Of a stretch of DNA of 64,000 nucleotides, positions 43,941-55,490 are shown piece by piece. The translations under genes were made by a program, and so were the position numbers. Location: NCBI GenBank assembly GCA_965223905.1, contig CBDCXV010000009.1, forward strand, positions 544,001 to 608,000, given 5' to 3'. Below the pieces are notes generated by a model that was not told the DNA's origin, did no database searches, and worked only from the letters and a program-made list of their open reading frames with translations. The stretch comes from Candidatus Latescibacterota bacterium. Lineage in GTDB: Bacteria; Latescibacterota; UBA2968; UBA8231. Positions within the stretch are counted from its first letter, which is position 1, and each line of letters starts with the position of its first letter.

Positions 43941-44483
43941 TTGATCATCCTGGGCATCGACCCCAGTAGTACAAGCACCGGGTACGGTTTGGTCGACTAC
44001 TCGCCGCGGCTCTGCACACTAATCAGTCTCGGCTGCATTCGCCCACATGCCAAGGCCAGCTTCGAGGACCGGCTCGTTGCCATGTTCGATCGCATCAGTT
44101 CGGTTATCGACGAGGTTTCACCGGCCGAGGTCGCCATGGAAAGCAGCTTCTACGGAAAAGATCCCGACGCTGCCGGCAAACTGGGTCAGGTGCATGGTGT
44201 GCTGAGTCTGGCGGTACGCAAGGCGGGAATAGGTGTCGTGAAATACACTCCGGCGGAAGTAAAGAAAGCGGTTGTTGGAAATGGCCAGGCAAAAAAAGAG
44301 CAGGTCCAGTTCATGGTTGCCAAGCTTCTCCGACTATCCAAGATGCCGAGCCCACTCGATGCCTCCGACGCCCTCGCCGTTGCGTTGTGCCATGGCCACA
44401 AGCGGGGCCCACTGTTCGACCCTCCCCAGTCGCAGCGCAAGCCGGAGGTCGAAACTCTCCTGAAACGGGTTTCGATGAGGTAG
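43941..44483 (+). CDS. ruvC: Holliday junction resolvase RuvC
   Basis: ILGIDP, VAME, YTPAEVKKAVVGNG.AKKEQV, DASDALAVALCH. Confidence 0.96.
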   Translation: MIILGIDPSSTSTGYGLVDYSPRLCTLISLGCIRPHAKASFEDRLVAMFDRISSVIDEVSPAEVAMESSFYGKDPDAAGKLGQVHGVLSLAVRKAGIGVVKYTPAEVKKAVVGNGQAKKEQVQFMVAKLLRLSKMPSPLDASDALAVALCHGHKRGPLFDPPQSQRKPEVETLLKRVSMR

Positions 44484-44485
44484 GA

Positions 44486-45088
44486 ATGATCGAGAGAGTC
44501 AAAGGCGTACTCGTCGAATGCGCGCCAACACACGTCGTCGTCGGCGTCGGCGGGATTGGATATGGCCTTTCGATTTCTCTCAACACTTTCGAGCAATTGC
44601 CGGATTTGGGAAGCGAAGTCAGTCTGTTGACTCACACTTATGTGCGGGAAGACAGGCTGCAACTTTTCGGCTTCTCTAGTGCCGAAGAGAGAGAGATGTT
44701 CCAGCTTTTGATCGGCGTCGCAGGGATCGGTCCGAATTCCGCGCAGATGATTCTGTCGGGTATGTCCGTTGAAGAGCTCAAATCTGCGATTTTAGAAGAG
44801 AGGCCTTCCGACCTGACGCGGGTGCGCGGTATCGGCCGCAAGACCGCCGACCGCGTCGTGGTTGATCTAAGGGACAAGATCGACCATGTCTCGAAGCGAG
44901 CTCTCGACACTGAAGACGAGTCGGTATCCTCGCGTTGGAACGTAAAGACCGAAGAAGCGGTCCTTGCCTTGGCTGCCCTCGGTATCGCCACCACCGCGGC
45001 ACGCAAGGCGGTTGCGAGCGCGATGGAGAGAACCGGGGTCGACACCACTCTTCAGGAGTTGATCAAGCAGGCATTGAACGAGCGCTGA
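44486..45088 (+). CDS. ruvA: Holliday junction branch migration protein RuvA
   Basis: VGGIGY, YVRED..LFGF, GIGP, GIGRKTADR, ELIKQAL. Confidence 0.96.
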   Translation: MIERVKGVLVECAPTHVVVGVGGIGYGLSISLNTFEQLPDLGSEVSLLTHTYVREDRLQLFGFSSAEEREMFQLLIGVAGIGPNSAQMILSGMSVEELKSAILEERPSDLTRVRGIGRKTADRVVVDLRDKIDHVSKRALDTEDESVSSRWNVKTEEAVLALAALGIATTAARKAVASAMERTGVDTTLQELIKQALNER

Positions 45089-45094
45089 TCGCAG

Positions 45095-46138
45095 ATGGCA
45101 GAAATAAATCCGAATCCGATCGATCCGGTTATCCAACAGGATGACATCGAGACTGACCTGACGTTGAGGCCGAAAACCTTGGCCGAGATGCTGGGGCAGG
45201 GAAAGGTGAAGGAACAGCTGCGTATCGCAATTCAGGCCGCCCTACAACGGGACGAGGCGATGGACCACGTGCTCCTTTACGGTCCTCCCGGGCTCGGAAA
45301 GACGACGCTGGCACAAGTGATCGCCAACGAACTCGGTGTTCAAATCCACAAGACTTCCGGACCGCTTCTCGAACGTCCTGCCGACCTTACCGGCATGCTC
45401 ACCAATCTCGGCTCCCGAGACGTTCTTTTCATCGACGAGGTACACCGCGTGAATCGCACGGTGGAGGAGTACCTCTACTCGGCGATGGAGGACTTCCATA
45501 TCGACATCATGATCGACCAGGGTCCTCGCGCCCGCTCCGTGACCCTGCCGCTCGAACGGTTTACACTGATAGGCGCAACGACGCGACAGGGTCTGTTGAC
45601 CGCCCCGATGCTGGCGCGCTTTGGAATCACGGAAACTCTCGATTACTACACTGTTAAGGAGCTGGCCGAAATTATCCGCAGGGACGCCCTTCTTCTAGAC
45701 TCCGAGATTGCCCCGGAGGGTGCCGGGGAGATCGCGCGGCGTTCTCGCGGCACCCCGCGAATTGCCAAGCGTTTGTTCAGAAGAGCGCGCGACTACGCGC
45801 TGGTGGAGGGCAACGGAAAAATCGATGTCGATATCGCGAAAAAGTCCCTGGAGATCCTGAAAGTCGACACCCTCGGGCTTCAAGAGGCGGATATTAAGCT
45901 GCTGCAGGCGATCATCGACAAATTCGGGGGTGGTCCGGTCGGGATAAACAACCTCGCGGCCGTTATCGGCGAGGAGGATGAGACCATCACCGAGGTGTAC
46001 GAACCATATCTCCTCAAAGAGGGATTTCTCAAACGCACGCCGAAAGGCCGCGTGGCGATGGTGCGGGCGTACGAACATCTGGGGAGAGTGCCGGCAGCGC
46101 CTGATGCGGGCGCCGACGACCAGATGACCCTCCTGTAG
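45095..46138 (+). CDS. ruvB: Holliday junction DNA helicase RuvB
   Basis: [47 protein letters not shown]. Confidence 0.97.
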   Translation: MAEINPNPIDPVIQQDDIETDLTLRPKTLAEMLGQGKVKEQLRIAIQAALQRDEAMDHVLLYGPPGLGKTTLAQVIANELGVQIHKTSGPLLERPADLTGMLTNLGSRDVLFIDEVHRVNRTVEEYLYSAMEDFHIDIMIDQGPRARSVTLPLERFTLIGATTRQGLLTAPMLARFGITETLDYYTVKELAEIIRRDALLLDSEIAPEGAGEIARRSRGTPRIAKRLFRRARDYALVEGNGKIDVDIAKKSLEILKVDTLGLQEADIKLLQAIIDKFGGGPVGINNLAAVIGEEDETITEVYEPYLLKEGFLKRTPKGRVAMVRAYEHLGRVPAAPDAGADDQMTLL

Positions 46139-46180
46139 CGCGCTGTAGCGCGCGGGAAACTGACCCCCCAACTCCACGCG

Positions 46181-46885
46181 ATGCTGGTTCTGGCGTTCGA
46201 CACGGCAACCCCGGTCGCCAGCGTGGCGTTGCTCGACGAGGAGCGGGTTATCGCGAGCCGATATTTCGACGTCGGCAACCAGCACTCCCGACGACTCTTC
46301 GTCGAGATGTCGCAACTGTTCGAAATTTCGGACCGACACTGGGGGGAGCTCGCGGCCGTGGCGACCACTACCGGCCCGGGGTCGTTCACCGGGCTGCGCA
46401 TCGGTCTGAGCGCCGCCAAGGGAATCTGCCTGGCCCGCGGCATACCCCTGGTCGGCATCCCCACCCTGGAAGCGCTTGCGGGACGCCTGCCATATGCACG
46501 CCTGCCGGTCTGGGCCCTGCTCGATGCTCGTCGAGGCCAGGTGTACGCAGCCCACTACGAAACGGCAAGCGGGTACCCGGAGGCCCTGACCGAACCGAGG
46601 GCGCTCGCTCCCGAGATCCTGATGAAGGAACTGGCCGGGACCGAGGTTCTGTTTACCGGGAGGGGAGCGAGCGCCTACCGCGCTCTCCTTTCCGGCCTTG
46701 AAGGGGCTCATTTCGCCCCGGGCCAGATCGACAACCCAGACGCCGTAACGGTCGGCTGGTTGGGGCGGGGGAAGCTGGCTCGCGGCGAGGTCCTCGACAC
46801 CAATGCCGCGGAACCGGAGTACCTGCGAACCCCCATGTTTGTCCCTGCTCGCCCGCGACCCGACTCCGGGGAACCCAGTGCCTGA
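46181..46885 (+). CDS. tsaB: tRNA threonylcarbamoyladenosine biosynthesis protein TsaB
   Basis: LAFDTAT, GPGSFTGLRIG, DARRGQVY, EPEYLR. Confidence 0.95.
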   Translation: MLVLAFDTATPVASVALLDEERVIASRYFDVGNQHSRRLFVEMSQLFEISDRHWGELAAVATTTGPGSFTGLRIGLSAAKGICLARGIPLVGIPTLEALAGRLPYARLPVWALLDARRGQVYAAHYETASGYPEALTEPRALAPEILMKELAGTEVLFTGRGASAYRALLSGLEGAHFAPGQIDNPDAVTVGWLGRGKLARGEVLDTNAAEPEYLRTPMFVPARPRPDSGEPSA

Positions 46886-47375
46886 GCTTCGACTGGAAGA
46901 GTTCGACACCGGCTCGGTCGGCCAGCTGCACGGCGTCTTGGCGATCGAAAGACAATCCTTTCGCAATCCGTGGACGGTTGCTGAATTTCAGTTCCTCGCC
47001 GAAGACGGGCGCGCGCTGAACGTCGGCTTGTGGCGTGACCGGCACCTTGTCGGTTACGCCATCGGGTATGCCGAGGGGGCAGACTTCCACCTCGCCAGCT
47101 TGGCCGTCGAGCCAGCCTGGCGCCGACGAGGCCTTGCGACCCGGCTACTCGAAAGCATTCTCGAGAAAGCTTGGAACCGCGGTTGCACTACCTGTCGCTT
47201 GGAAGTTCGTCCTTCCAACAGGGCCGCCCAGGGGCTGTATAAAAAACTCGGGTTTGAGGCCGCAGGGGAGATCCCCCGGTTCTACACCTGCCCGGAAGAG
47301 GATGCCCTCCAGCTTCGGGGACGAATCCGGGATATCCGCGGCCGGGAAATTCACAGCGATGCTGAAAACACTTAG
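46878..47375 (+). CDS. rimI: Ribosomal-protein-alanine N-acetyltransferase
   Basis: IERQSFRNPW, LAVEP.WRRRG, LEVRPSN..AQGLYKKLGF, EDAL. Follows tsaB. Confidence 0.9.
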   Translation: MPELRLEEFDTGSVGQLHGVLAIERQSFRNPWTVAEFQFLAEDGRALNVGLWRDRHLVGYAIGYAEGADFHLASLAVEPAWRRRGLATRLLESILEKAWNRGCTTCRLEVRPSNRAAQGLYKKLGFEAAGEIPRFYTCPEEDALQLRGRIRDIRGREIHSDAENT

Positions 47376-47457
47376 GTTACTCTGTCTGCGGCGATGGTCG
47401 TTCCGACGCCGCCCGGGTTCACTCTCGGGATAACTGGAACTCAGGAGCGGGTATACC

Positions 47458-48567
47458 ATGGCGGAAGTGGTCCTCAAGAACGTCCGCAAGGTTTTCGACA
47501 GGGAGGTCGTTGCGGTCGAAGACGCGAACATACGGATAAGCGACCGCGAGTTCGTCGTCTTGGTAGGACCCTCGGGCTGCGGCAAATCGACGATGCTGCG
47601 GATGGTTGCTGGCCTCGAGGAAATCACCGAAGGCGAGATCTACATCGACGGTCTGCTTGTCAACGACATTCCGCCGAAAGACCGGGACATCGCCATGGTT
47701 TTTCAGAACTACGCCCTTTATCCGCACATGACCGTCTACCAGAACATGGCCTTCGGCCTGAAGCTCCGTAAATATTCCAAGAAGGAGATCGAAGAAAGAG
47801 TCCGGGAGGCAGCCGATATCCTCGGAATCGAGGAGTTGCTCGAACGCAAGCCAAAGGCGCTTTCGGGCGGCCAGCGGCAGCGAGTGGCGGTCGGCCGCGC
47901 CATCGTGCGCAAGCCCAAAGTTTTCCTCTTCGACGAACCGCTGTCGAACCTCGATGCCAAACTGCGAGTTCAAATGCGCACCGAGATCAGCAAGCTTCAC
48001 ACGCGCCTTGAGGCCACCATGATCTACGTGACGCACGATCAAACCGAGGCGATGACGATGGGGGACCGTATAGCCGTGATGAAAGAGGGCCGCATTCACC
48101 AGGTAGACACCCCGCTCCATCTCTACGACCATCCTGTCAATCAGTTCGTAGGCGGTTTCATTGGGAGCCCCTCGATGAATTTCATCGAGGGCAGGCTGGT
48201 GGCCAACGGACTCGGCCTCGTCTTTGACGAGGGCAACTTCCAGATTTCGCTTCCTGCGGAGTACAGCGACGGTCTTGGCGACCATCGCGGCAGGGAGGTA
48301 ATCCTCGGTATCCGTCCCGAAGACATACACGACCCATACACGATCGGAACCGGAAAACAGACGGATGAGATTTCGGCGCGCGTGGAGGTCGTCGAACCGA
48401 TGGGCAGCGAAGTGTTCCTGTATGTCACTACCGGGAAGTCCTCCTTCGTAGCCCGTGTCGATCCGCTTCATATTCCAACCGTTGACCAGCAGGTGCCCCT
48501 GGCGGTCGAAGTCGATCGGGTCCACTTCTTCGATCGCGACAGCGAGGCCAGCCTCCTGATGAATTGA
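47458..48567 (+). CDS. Carbohydrate ABC transporter ATPase (MalK/MsmX/UgpC family)
   Basis: GPSGCGKST, MVFQNYALYPHM, LSGGQRQR, DEPLSNLD, C-terminal TOBE. No permeases adjacent, so probably a shared ATPase. Confidence 0.95.
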   Translation: MAEVVLKNVRKVFDREVVAVEDANIRISDREFVVLVGPSGCGKSTMLRMVAGLEEITEGEIYIDGLLVNDIPPKDRDIAMVFQNYALYPHMTVYQNMAFGLKLRKYSKKEIEERVREAADILGIEELLERKPKALSGGQRQRVAVGRAIVRKPKVFLFDEPLSNLDAKLRVQMRTEISKLHTRLEATMIYVTHDQTEAMTMGDRIAVMKEGRIHQVDTPLHLYDHPVNQFVGGFIGSPSMNFIEGRLVANGLGLVFDEGNFQISLPAEYSDGLGDHRGREVILGIRPEDIHDPYTIGTGKQTDEISARVEVVEPMGSEVFLYVTTGKSSFVARVDPLHIPTVDQQVPLAVEVDRVHFFDRDSEASLLMN

Positions 48568-48586
48568 GGAGGCCGCCCACCAGGCC

Positions 48587-49678
48587 TTGTCACTCCAACG
48601 CATCACCGGCCAGCCCCGCGCCAAGGCGCAGATAGCAGCCTGGTTAACTGCTGGGCGGCTGCCCCACACGGTTTTGATCACGGGCCGGGAGGGGGTTGGA
48701 AAAAGGGAGCTGGCGTTCGAACTGGCGCGCGCCATCAACTGCCGGAGCGCCACGGATGCCTGCGGTGAGTGCCCTTCCTGTCTCAAGACCGCTTCCCTGT
48801 CCCACAGGGACTTGCACGTGCTGATGCCGCTGCCGACCGGCTCGAACCGCAGCGACGAGGTGATGATGGCCGCAATGCGGGAAGCGGCGCTCGAATATCT
48901 GGAACAGCATACGAGCCTCAAGCACAGTAACTCAAACATCCCAAGGGACTACGTCAGGCTGCTTCACCGCGAGATGTCCTACGCTCCGGCGGAGGGGCGC
49001 CGGCGTATCGGGATTATCTTCGAAGCGGATTGCATGCTGCCTTCGGGAGCCAATTCCCTTCTCAAGATTCTCGAGGAACCTCCGCGCCACTCGGTATTCA
49101 TACTGGTGTCTTCGGCGCCGCACCTTCTGCTGCGGACCGTGGTGTCTCGCTGCCAGCGACTCGACCTGCGTCCGCTGAGCACGGCCGAGTTGGCCAAGCG
49201 CCTGAGGGAGCGGGGCGTCGACTCGTACCGCGCCGAGCTGGCGGCGCGTATCGGCGCCGGGAGTGTCCGACGCGCCGACGCCGTTATAGATCACGCCGCA
49301 GAATTCCAGGAGCGGCGCAATCGGGTGGAGCGCTTCCTGCAGGCGGGATTTCAACAGGAGGACGGCGCCTATTGGGCTGCACTCGAAGAGCTGGGAGCGC
49401 GCGCCGACCGCGGACAGCTCGACAGCTTCCTCGAGATCTGCGGAGTTTACCTGAGAGACCTGTTCCTGATGGGGCAGGGCAGAGCCGAGAACGTCACCAA
49501 CGCCGACCGTATCCCGTGGCTGCAACGACAGCTACGGACGCTGAACCTCCCGGCACTGGAGGTGAGCGCCGAACGGCTCGACCGCTCATACGCCGATCTC
49601 CACGGCAATATCAACGTACAGCTGCTGCTCGCCGATTTCTGGCAGAGCCTGCGGCGGTGCGCCCGCGCTTCCCGGTAA
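48587..49678 (+). CDS. holB: DNA polymerase III subunit delta'
   Basis: GREGVGK, INC...CGECPSC, ANSLLKILEEPP, TVVSRCQ. Confidence 0.9.
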   Translation: MSLQRITGQPRAKAQIAAWLTAGRLPHTVLITGREGVGKRELAFELARAINCRSATDACGECPSCLKTASLSHRDLHVLMPLPTGSNRSDEVMMAAMREAALEYLEQHTSLKHSNSNIPRDYVRLLHREMSYAPAEGRRRIGIIFEADCMLPSGANSLLKILEEPPRHSVFILVSSAPHLLLRTVVSRCQRLDLRPLSTAELAKRLRERGVDSYRAELAARIGAGSVRRADAVIDHAAEFQERRNRVERFLQAGFQQEDGAYWAALEELGARADRGQLDSFLEICGVYLRDLFLMGQGRAENVTNADRIPWLQRQLRTLNLPALEVSAERLDRSYADLHGNINVQLLLADFWQSLRRCARASR

Positions 49679-49844
49679 TAGTGCCTGCTCCCGCCATCCT
49701 CCTTGAATTCGGTCGCAGTTCCATCACTGCGCGAGGGGTTGCACTTGCTCTGTGTGTTCCAACCATTACCATGGTTCACGCCACTCGCGGACCGTGGGCA
49801 TCACTTTCGGCAGGTAGGCGGACCAACGTTCGTGAGCACTGTCG

Positions 49845-50720
49845 ATGAATCGACGCGCGGCAAGGAGGCGATACGGCCAACATTTCCTCGTCGACGCCAG
49901 CGCCGCAAGGCGGATCGTCGAACTGGTGCAGCCCCGGGAGGGGGACCTAGTGCTGGAGGTGGGACCCGGGACCGGAGCACTGACACGGGGCCTCGTCAGG
50001 CGCTTCGACCGCGTCGTCGCCGTGGAAATAGATCGCGACCTTGCCGCCCGGCTCTCCCGGTTGGCAGGCGAGGGTTTTGTCCTCGTTACCGAGGATGTTC
50101 TTGAGATCGACTTCGTCGATCTGCTGTTGAAGGAAGGTCGCCGCAAGCTGTGCGTCGTGGGAAACCTGCCGTACAACATATCCGCGCCGTTCCTGTTCAA
50201 ACTGCGGGAAAACGCGCGTCTGGTATCCTCGGCGGTGCTTACGCTGCAGCGCGAGGTCGGCCAGCGGCTTGCCGCAAATCCCGGATCGAAGACATACGGA
50301 GCGCTAACCGTGATGCTGCACCTTTGGTGCCGCTCACGCACCGTTCTGCAGCTGCCACCGCAGGCGTTCAGGCCCCGCCCACAAGTACAGTCCTGCGTGC
50401 TGCAGCTGGAATTCAGCGACCGTCCTCGCCTGGAATTGTTCAGCGAAGCGATGTTCGAGGGACTGGTGCGGGCTGCGTTCGGCCAGCGGCGCAAGATGCT
50501 GCGTAACGCCCTGCAACCATGGTGGGCTTCGCTTGCGGCCAGCGGCGAAACCTCCTTGGCGGAAGTCGCCGAGAACGCCGGCATCGACCTCAGTCTGCGC
50601 GCCGAAGCGCTGACTCCTACGGACTTCGCCGCCTTCAGCAACGCCATCAAGCAATGTGTCGACACCGAGGCCGGCGGCGATGCACAGGATTTGCCGGCCG
50701 CCACGCCCGCCACCGGATGA
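49845..50720 (+). CDS. rsmA: 16S rRNA dimethyladenosine transferase
   Basis: GQHFL, LEVGPGTGALT, VEID, GNLPYNIS, F.PRPQV.S, FGQRRKMLRN. Confidence 0.96.
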   Translation: MNRRAARRRYGQHFLVDASAARRIVELVQPREGDLVLEVGPGTGALTRGLVRRFDRVVAVEIDRDLAARLSRLAGEGFVLVTEDVLEIDFVDLLLKEGRRKLCVVGNLPYNISAPFLFKLRENARLVSSAVLTLQREVGQRLAANPGSKTYGALTVMLHLWCRSRTVLQLPPQAFRPRPQVQSCVLQLEFSDRPRLELFSEAMFEGLVRAAFGQRRKMLRNALQPWWASLAASGETSLAEVAENAGIDLSLRAEALTPTDFAAFSNAIKQCVDTEAGGDAQDLPAATPATG

Positions 50721-52672
50721 CGTTGTTTCGACATCGGATGTACGGGGTTCTTCTCGCCTTTTTTCTGTGGCTGTCACCTGCCATTTGCGCCGGGGCCGAG
50801 ACCTACAGCCTGTCGTTCAGCTCGGCCAGCGGGCGCATGAGTTGGAACCCCACTTTTCCAGGGTGGTCCTACTCGGCCCCAGTCGCTTTTTCCGCGGCCG
50901 GCGATTCGACTTCGATGCTGCGCCTGAACGCTTCGGCGTCGCTGAGGGCGAGCGTCTTCCCCCGTGACGGGCGTCAGAACCTGCAGGAAAACGGAAGGGT
51001 CGGCACCACTGTGAGCTACCCCATTCTTGGGCCAAAGGCGACGATAAGCGTCAGCGGCTCGATTTCGAGCCGCAGCGCCGCCCTGGTCAAGCAGAAGACG
51101 AGAAGCCAGTCGATCGGATTCGGCTTCGGGTATCAACCGCTGATAAAGTCAGACGGGGCTTTCCGCTCGATGCGGGTGAATCTGAGACCCGGGTTCATCA
51201 CGGCCGGCAAGGCGAGCCGCGCCAATCCCGACAGTACGATAGAGGAGCGAGGGCTGCAGTACAACGCTTCCCTCAACATGTCGCCCGGCTGGGATATTGC
51301 GGACAAAAAGCTCAGCACCTCGTTCGGTCTCACCAAGCAGGACAACACCCTGAAGAGCAACAAGAACAAGAACGAGAGCATGAGATTCAGCACGAGGTAC
51401 ACCTTTCCGAAGGGCGTCAGGGCGAATTTATCGGCCGGGGAGAGTCGCTCTCAGCGAGGGTTGACGCGAAGGGTCATCCTCGAAGAAAAAGAGGGAGATT
51501 TCGTTTCCAGGGATATCACGGAGCAGGCCGAGCTGTCGGAGACACGGAGCCGGAATTTTTCGACGACCCTCAAGGCAGAGGTCATGGGCTTCGACTTTTC
51601 TGCAGGACAGAGATGGCGCAGGTCGAAGAACACCAACACGGCCAATGCCGACGAGGATTTGCCCAATCCCTATTTCGCCAAGGACCGCGAGAGCGAAAGG
51701 TGGGAGTACGACGTGAGCGCCAAAGGTGAGTTGCCAGGCAATCTCGTCGGCAGCACGTCAGTGAAGTACAAGACCAGCGACGAGCGTCGCCTTCCGGTTA
51801 CGCGGAGCAGCGGACTCGTCTCCCGCGACGTCACCGGCGACCGCGACGACCGCCATCTGTTTCTTCGCGGCTTGCTCGACTGGCAGCCCAGCGAGGATCA
51901 CGGCATGACTTTGTCCGGGTCGTCGCGGGTGATCCGCAGCGACAACCCGGGTGAACCGGAACAGGACCGGGACACCTTCAACAACAGCGCCAGCCTGCGC
52001 TACCGCGGCCGTTTCGACAGCGGCCTCAATCTCAGCGCAAACATCGCCTCGAGCGCCACACATCGCGTCAACCTGCACTCGAGACGCTCCAGCCAGAACC
52101 AGCGCTCCCGCAACCTGAGTTTCAAGGTCAGCCCGAGCTATGAACGCCTGGAAGCCAGGATCAGCCACACCTTTCAAATATCGGCGCGGCGGACTATCTT
52201 CGACTTCGACCGGCAGATCAACCGCAGCGTCCTCGCACGTCGTAGCATTATCAGCCGCTCGTGGTCGATGGCCCATACCCTGGCGCGCTCCATAATCGAC
52301 AACCTTTCGCTCAACGTAACCTACAGATACAGGGCCGACGACAGGGGTATTCTGCTCGTCGAAAACTCTTCCCAGATCATCGAAGAGGACAACGCCGCTC
52401 ACAGGGTGAGGGTCAGTACACGGTACAAGCCGAGCTCGGCGATGTCGATCGGGACGACCTACGGATATGTCCTGGACCGGAAGTGGCAGTACTTATACAC
52501 GTCGAGCGGGAAAGAGCGGGATTTGCGGCGCCGAAATCCACACCGATCCTTTGCCATAAACGCCGAGTTCAATCCCCGCCCCGAAACCAGGATGTCGGCG
52601 AGGTTCAGTCGCGCGCGGCAGCTGAGCGGCACCTTTGACAGCCTTTCCGTTTTGATCAGTCGCCGCGTTTGA
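50717..52672 (+). CDS. Hypothetical secreted protein, probable outer-membrane beta-barrel
   Basis: Signal-peptide-like N-terminus ([15 protein letters not shown]), many alternating amphipathic strands, very Ser/Arg-rich. ATGA-coupled to rsmA. Confidence 0.6.
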   Translation: MTLFRHRMYGVLLAFFLWLSPAICAGAETYSLSFSSASGRMSWNPTFPGWSYSAPVAFSAAGDSTSMLRLNASASLRASVFPRDGRQNLQENGRVGTTVSYPILGPKATISVSGSISSRSAALVKQKTRSQSIGFGFGYQPLIKSDGAFRSMRVNLRPGFITAGKASRANPDSTIEERGLQYNASLNMSPGWDIADKKLSTSFGLTKQDNTLKSNKNKNESMRFSTRYTFPKGVRANLSAGESRSQRGLTRRVILEEKEGDFVSRDITEQAELSETRSRNFSTTLKAEVMGFDFSAGQRWRRSKNTNTANADEDLPNPYFAKDRESERWEYDVSAKGELPGNLVGSTSVKYKTSDERRLPVTRSSGLVSRDVTGDRDDRHLFLRGLLDWQPSEDHGMTLSGSSRVIRSDNPGEPEQDRDTFNNSASLRYRGRFDSGLNLSANIASSATHRVNLHSRRSSQNQRSRNLSFKVSPSYERLEARISHTFQISARRTIFDFDRQINRSVLARRSIISRSWSMAHTLARSIIDNLSLNVTYRYRADDRGILLVENSSQIIEEDNAAHRVRVSTRYKPSSAMSIGTTYGYVLDRKWQYLYTSSGKERDLRRRNPHRSFAINAEFNPRPETRMSARFSRARQLSGTFDSLSVLISRRV

Positions 52673-52704
52673 GGCGCCGACTCGAAACCGTTGGAGCTCG
52701 TAAA

Positions 52705-53628
52705 ATGCCGGCAATGCCGAAATCCGAGTGCATATGGATGAACGGCGAGTGGGTCCCCTGGGACGATGCCAACATCCACGTCCTCTCTCATGTCGTGCAT
52801 TACGGATCCAGTGTATTCGAGGGAATCCGCTGTTACGCGACCCGAAGGGGTGCGGCCGTATTTCGCCTGCAGGACCACGTCGATCGCCTCTACGACTCCG
52901 CCAAGATCTACCGCATGGAGATACCATACACGCGCGAGGAGTTCTGGGAGGCGATTCTGGAAACTATTCGACGGAACAGGCTCGACGCCTGCTACATCAG
53001 GCCCATCGTCTACCGCGGCTACGGCTCGCTCGGAGTCGATCCCTTCACCTGTCCCGTAGACTCCGTGATCGCGGTCTGGGAGTGGGGAGAGTACCTGGGG
53101 GAGGAGGCCCTGGCCAAGGGGGTTTCGGTCTGCACCTCCTCTTGGAGCCGCATGGGGCCGAACACCTTTCCCTTTCTCGCCAAGGCGGGCGGCAACTACC
53201 TGAACTCGCAGCTGGTGCGCATGGAGGCGAACGCGAACGGCTACGACGAGGGTATCGTGCTCGGCCCCGACGGCCTGGTCAGCGAGGGCAGCGGAGAGAA
53301 CATCTTCGCCGTCCGCAACGGCCGCATCTACACGCCGGCCTCCAGCTACTCGATCCTTCCGGGGATCACCAGGCACACGGCGATCGCCATGGCGCGAGAC
53401 CTCGGGATGCAGGTGGAGGAACGGGGGATACCGCGGGAATTCCTGTACATCGCCGACGAGCTGTTTTTTACCGGAACGGCGGCGGAGATCTCGCCCATAC
53501 GGGCGGTGGACAAAGTGGAAATCGGTGACGGTCGATGCGGCCCGATTACGAAAAAGCTGCAGGATCTGTTTTTCCAGATTGTCAACGCCAGGACCGAGGA
53601 CCGCCACCAGTGGCTGACATTCCTGTAG
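52705..53628 (+). CDS. ilvE: Branched-chain amino acid aminotransferase
   Basis: [43 protein letters not shown]. Confidence 0.96.
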   Translation: MPAMPKSECIWMNGEWVPWDDANIHVLSHVVHYGSSVFEGIRCYATRRGAAVFRLQDHVDRLYDSAKIYRMEIPYTREEFWEAILETIRRNRLDACYIRPIVYRGYGSLGVDPFTCPVDSVIAVWEWGEYLGEEALAKGVSVCTSSWSRMGPNTFPFLAKAGGNYLNSQLVRMEANANGYDEGIVLGPDGLVSEGSGENIFAVRNGRIYTPASSYSILPGITRHTAIAMARDLGMQVEERGIPREFLYIADELFFTGTAAEISPIRAVDKVEIGDGRCGPITKKLQDLFFQIVNARTEDRHQWLTFL

Positions 53629-53638
53629 AAAGAGGGCG

Positions 53639-55489
53639 GTGAAAAGCCGCGCGAATCCGGCGGTGTTCCCTCTTTTCACGGCGGCGCTGATCGTCTCCCC
53701 CGAGGTCTTCGGAGACGAGTGGGAGGAGGTGCAACGGATCCTCGCAGGCACCCGGGATATCGTCGTCCTCGACGGTGTGGAGACGGCTCCGGTGCGCTAC
53801 ACGGGCACGGCGGCACCGGAGTACGGGGACTGGCTGGTGCGCCATTTTCTGTCGGATCCGGAAAGCTTCAACCCGTACACCTCGAGCGATGCCGGCGCCT
53901 CCAGCGTGCGGGACTACATCTTCGAATCGCTGCTGTTGGCAGGGCGGGAACCGCCTTACGCACTCGAAGGACTGATCGCGGAAAGGTACCCCGAAGTCGG
54001 CGGCGATCACCTGAAGTACACCTTCGATATCCGCGAGGGGGTCCATTTTTCCGACGGAAAACCGCTGACAGTCGCCGATGTCCTCTTCAGCATGAAGGTG
54101 ATTCAGCATCCCGAGGTGCTGGCGCCCCATCTGCGAAACTACTACGCCTCGGTCAGCGACGTTCGTGTCGAGGGAGAATCTCGCATCTCCTTCTTCTGCA
54201 AGGAGCCGTATTTCCGCAACGACCTGATGCTGGGGAGTTTCAGCATCATCCCGAAGCACTTCTACGATTACGATGGCCTTCTCGATCAGGTCTCCATCAG
54301 CAGCCTGATAGACGGAACCTGGGAGCAGGGTGAGTACGCCGGGGAGGCGCGGGCGTTTGCCCGGGGCTTCAACCGGGACTTCAACCGCGCGGTGCTCGGG
54401 TCCGGGCCCTACCTCGTAGAGGACTTCGAGCGCGACGTCGTCACCCAGCAGAAGGTCGTTCTCACGCGCAACCGGAACTACTGGGCCCGGGACAAGGGAA
54501 TCGTTCCGGTATCCGGGTATGTCGACAAAATCGTCTTCAATGTCATCAACAACACCGATGCAGCTTTTATAGAGCTGACCAACGGCAACCTCGACATGTA
54601 CGGTCTGCGGCCCCTGGAGTTCAAAGAAAAGAGCTGGACTCCGGGGTTCCGCCAGCGGTTCCTGAAGGTCATCCAGTACGGAGGCGGCTTCACCTATATC
54701 GGGTGGAACAACGCTCACCCCCTGTTTCGCGACAGACGGGTGCGCCAGGCAATGAGCTTGCTAACCGACCGCCAAAGCATGATCGACAACCTGCTGTTCG
54801 GCCTGGGTGAGCCTGTGGCAGGACCCATCCACAAGTTTCGCCCCGAGTACAATCACGACCTCGAGCTCTACCCGTACGATCCCGAGCGCGCACTCGATTT
54901 TCTGGAGGAGGCCGGCTGGGAGGATGCGGATGACGACGGCATCCTCGACAAGGTGATCGACGCCGAGAGGGTGCCGTTCGAATTCGAATTCCTGGTCAAC
55001 TCGGGTAACCAGATTCGCAAGGACATCGCCCTGATCATGCAAAGCGAGCTGCAGGATATCGGCATCGACTGCCAGGTTCGCGAGCTCGACTGGTCGATTT
55101 TCCTGCAACGTGTCCGCAGCCGCGATTTCGCCGCGATGACGCTGGGGTGGACGGGGTACGTGCGCTTTCCACCTGACGGGTACCAGGTCTGGCACTCCTC
55201 CCAGGTCGATAGCGGCTCCAACTATATCGGATTCATCAACGCCGAAGTGGATGACATACTCGAGTCCTACCGGCGCGAGTTCGACCCCGCAAGGCGCATA
55301 GCGCTGTATCACCGCTTCCAGGAGATCCTGCATGAAGAACAGCCGTATACGTTTCTGTGGAAGGGAAGGAACGCACTGGCGTACAGCCGCCGTTACCAGG
55401 GCGTCAACTGGTACCCGGGAGGGGACCGCTCGAGTATCGCCGAGAACTCGCTGGAGTGGTGGGTGCGCGCCGAGGACCGCCAGTATTGA
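53639..55489 (+). CDS. Peptide/nickel ABC transporter substrate-binding protein (family 5)
   Basis: IREGVHFSDGKPLT..DV.FS, GSGPY, DRRVRQAM, YDPERA, EEQPYTFLW. Confidence 0.92.
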   Translation: MKSRANPAVFPLFTAALIVSPEVFGDEWEEVQRILAGTRDIVVLDGVETAPVRYTGTAAPEYGDWLVRHFLSDPESFNPYTSSDAGASSVRDYIFESLLLAGREPPYALEGLIAERYPEVGGDHLKYTFDIREGVHFSDGKPLTVADVLFSMKVIQHPEVLAPHLRNYYASVSDVRVEGESRISFFCKEPYFRNDLMLGSFSIIPKHFYDYDGLLDQVSISSLIDGTWEQGEYAGEARAFARGFNRDFNRAVLGSGPYLVEDFERDVVTQQKVVLTRNRNYWARDKGIVPVSGYVDKIVFNVINNTDAAFIELTNGNLDMYGLRPLEFKEKSWTPGFRQRFLKVIQYGGGFTYIGWNNAHPLFRDRRVRQAMSLLTDRQSMIDNLLFGLGEPVAGPIHKFRPEYNHDLELYPYDPERALDFLEEAGWEDADDDGILDKVIDAERVPFEFEFLVNSGNQIRKDIALIMQSELQDIGIDCQVRELDWSIFLQRVRSRDFAAMTLGWTGYVRFPPDGYQVWHSSQVDSGSNYIGFINAEVDDILESYRREFDPARRIALYHRFQEILHEEQPYTFLWKGRNALAYSRRYQGVNWYPGGDRSSIAENSLEWWVRAEDRQY

Positions 55490-55490
55490 G

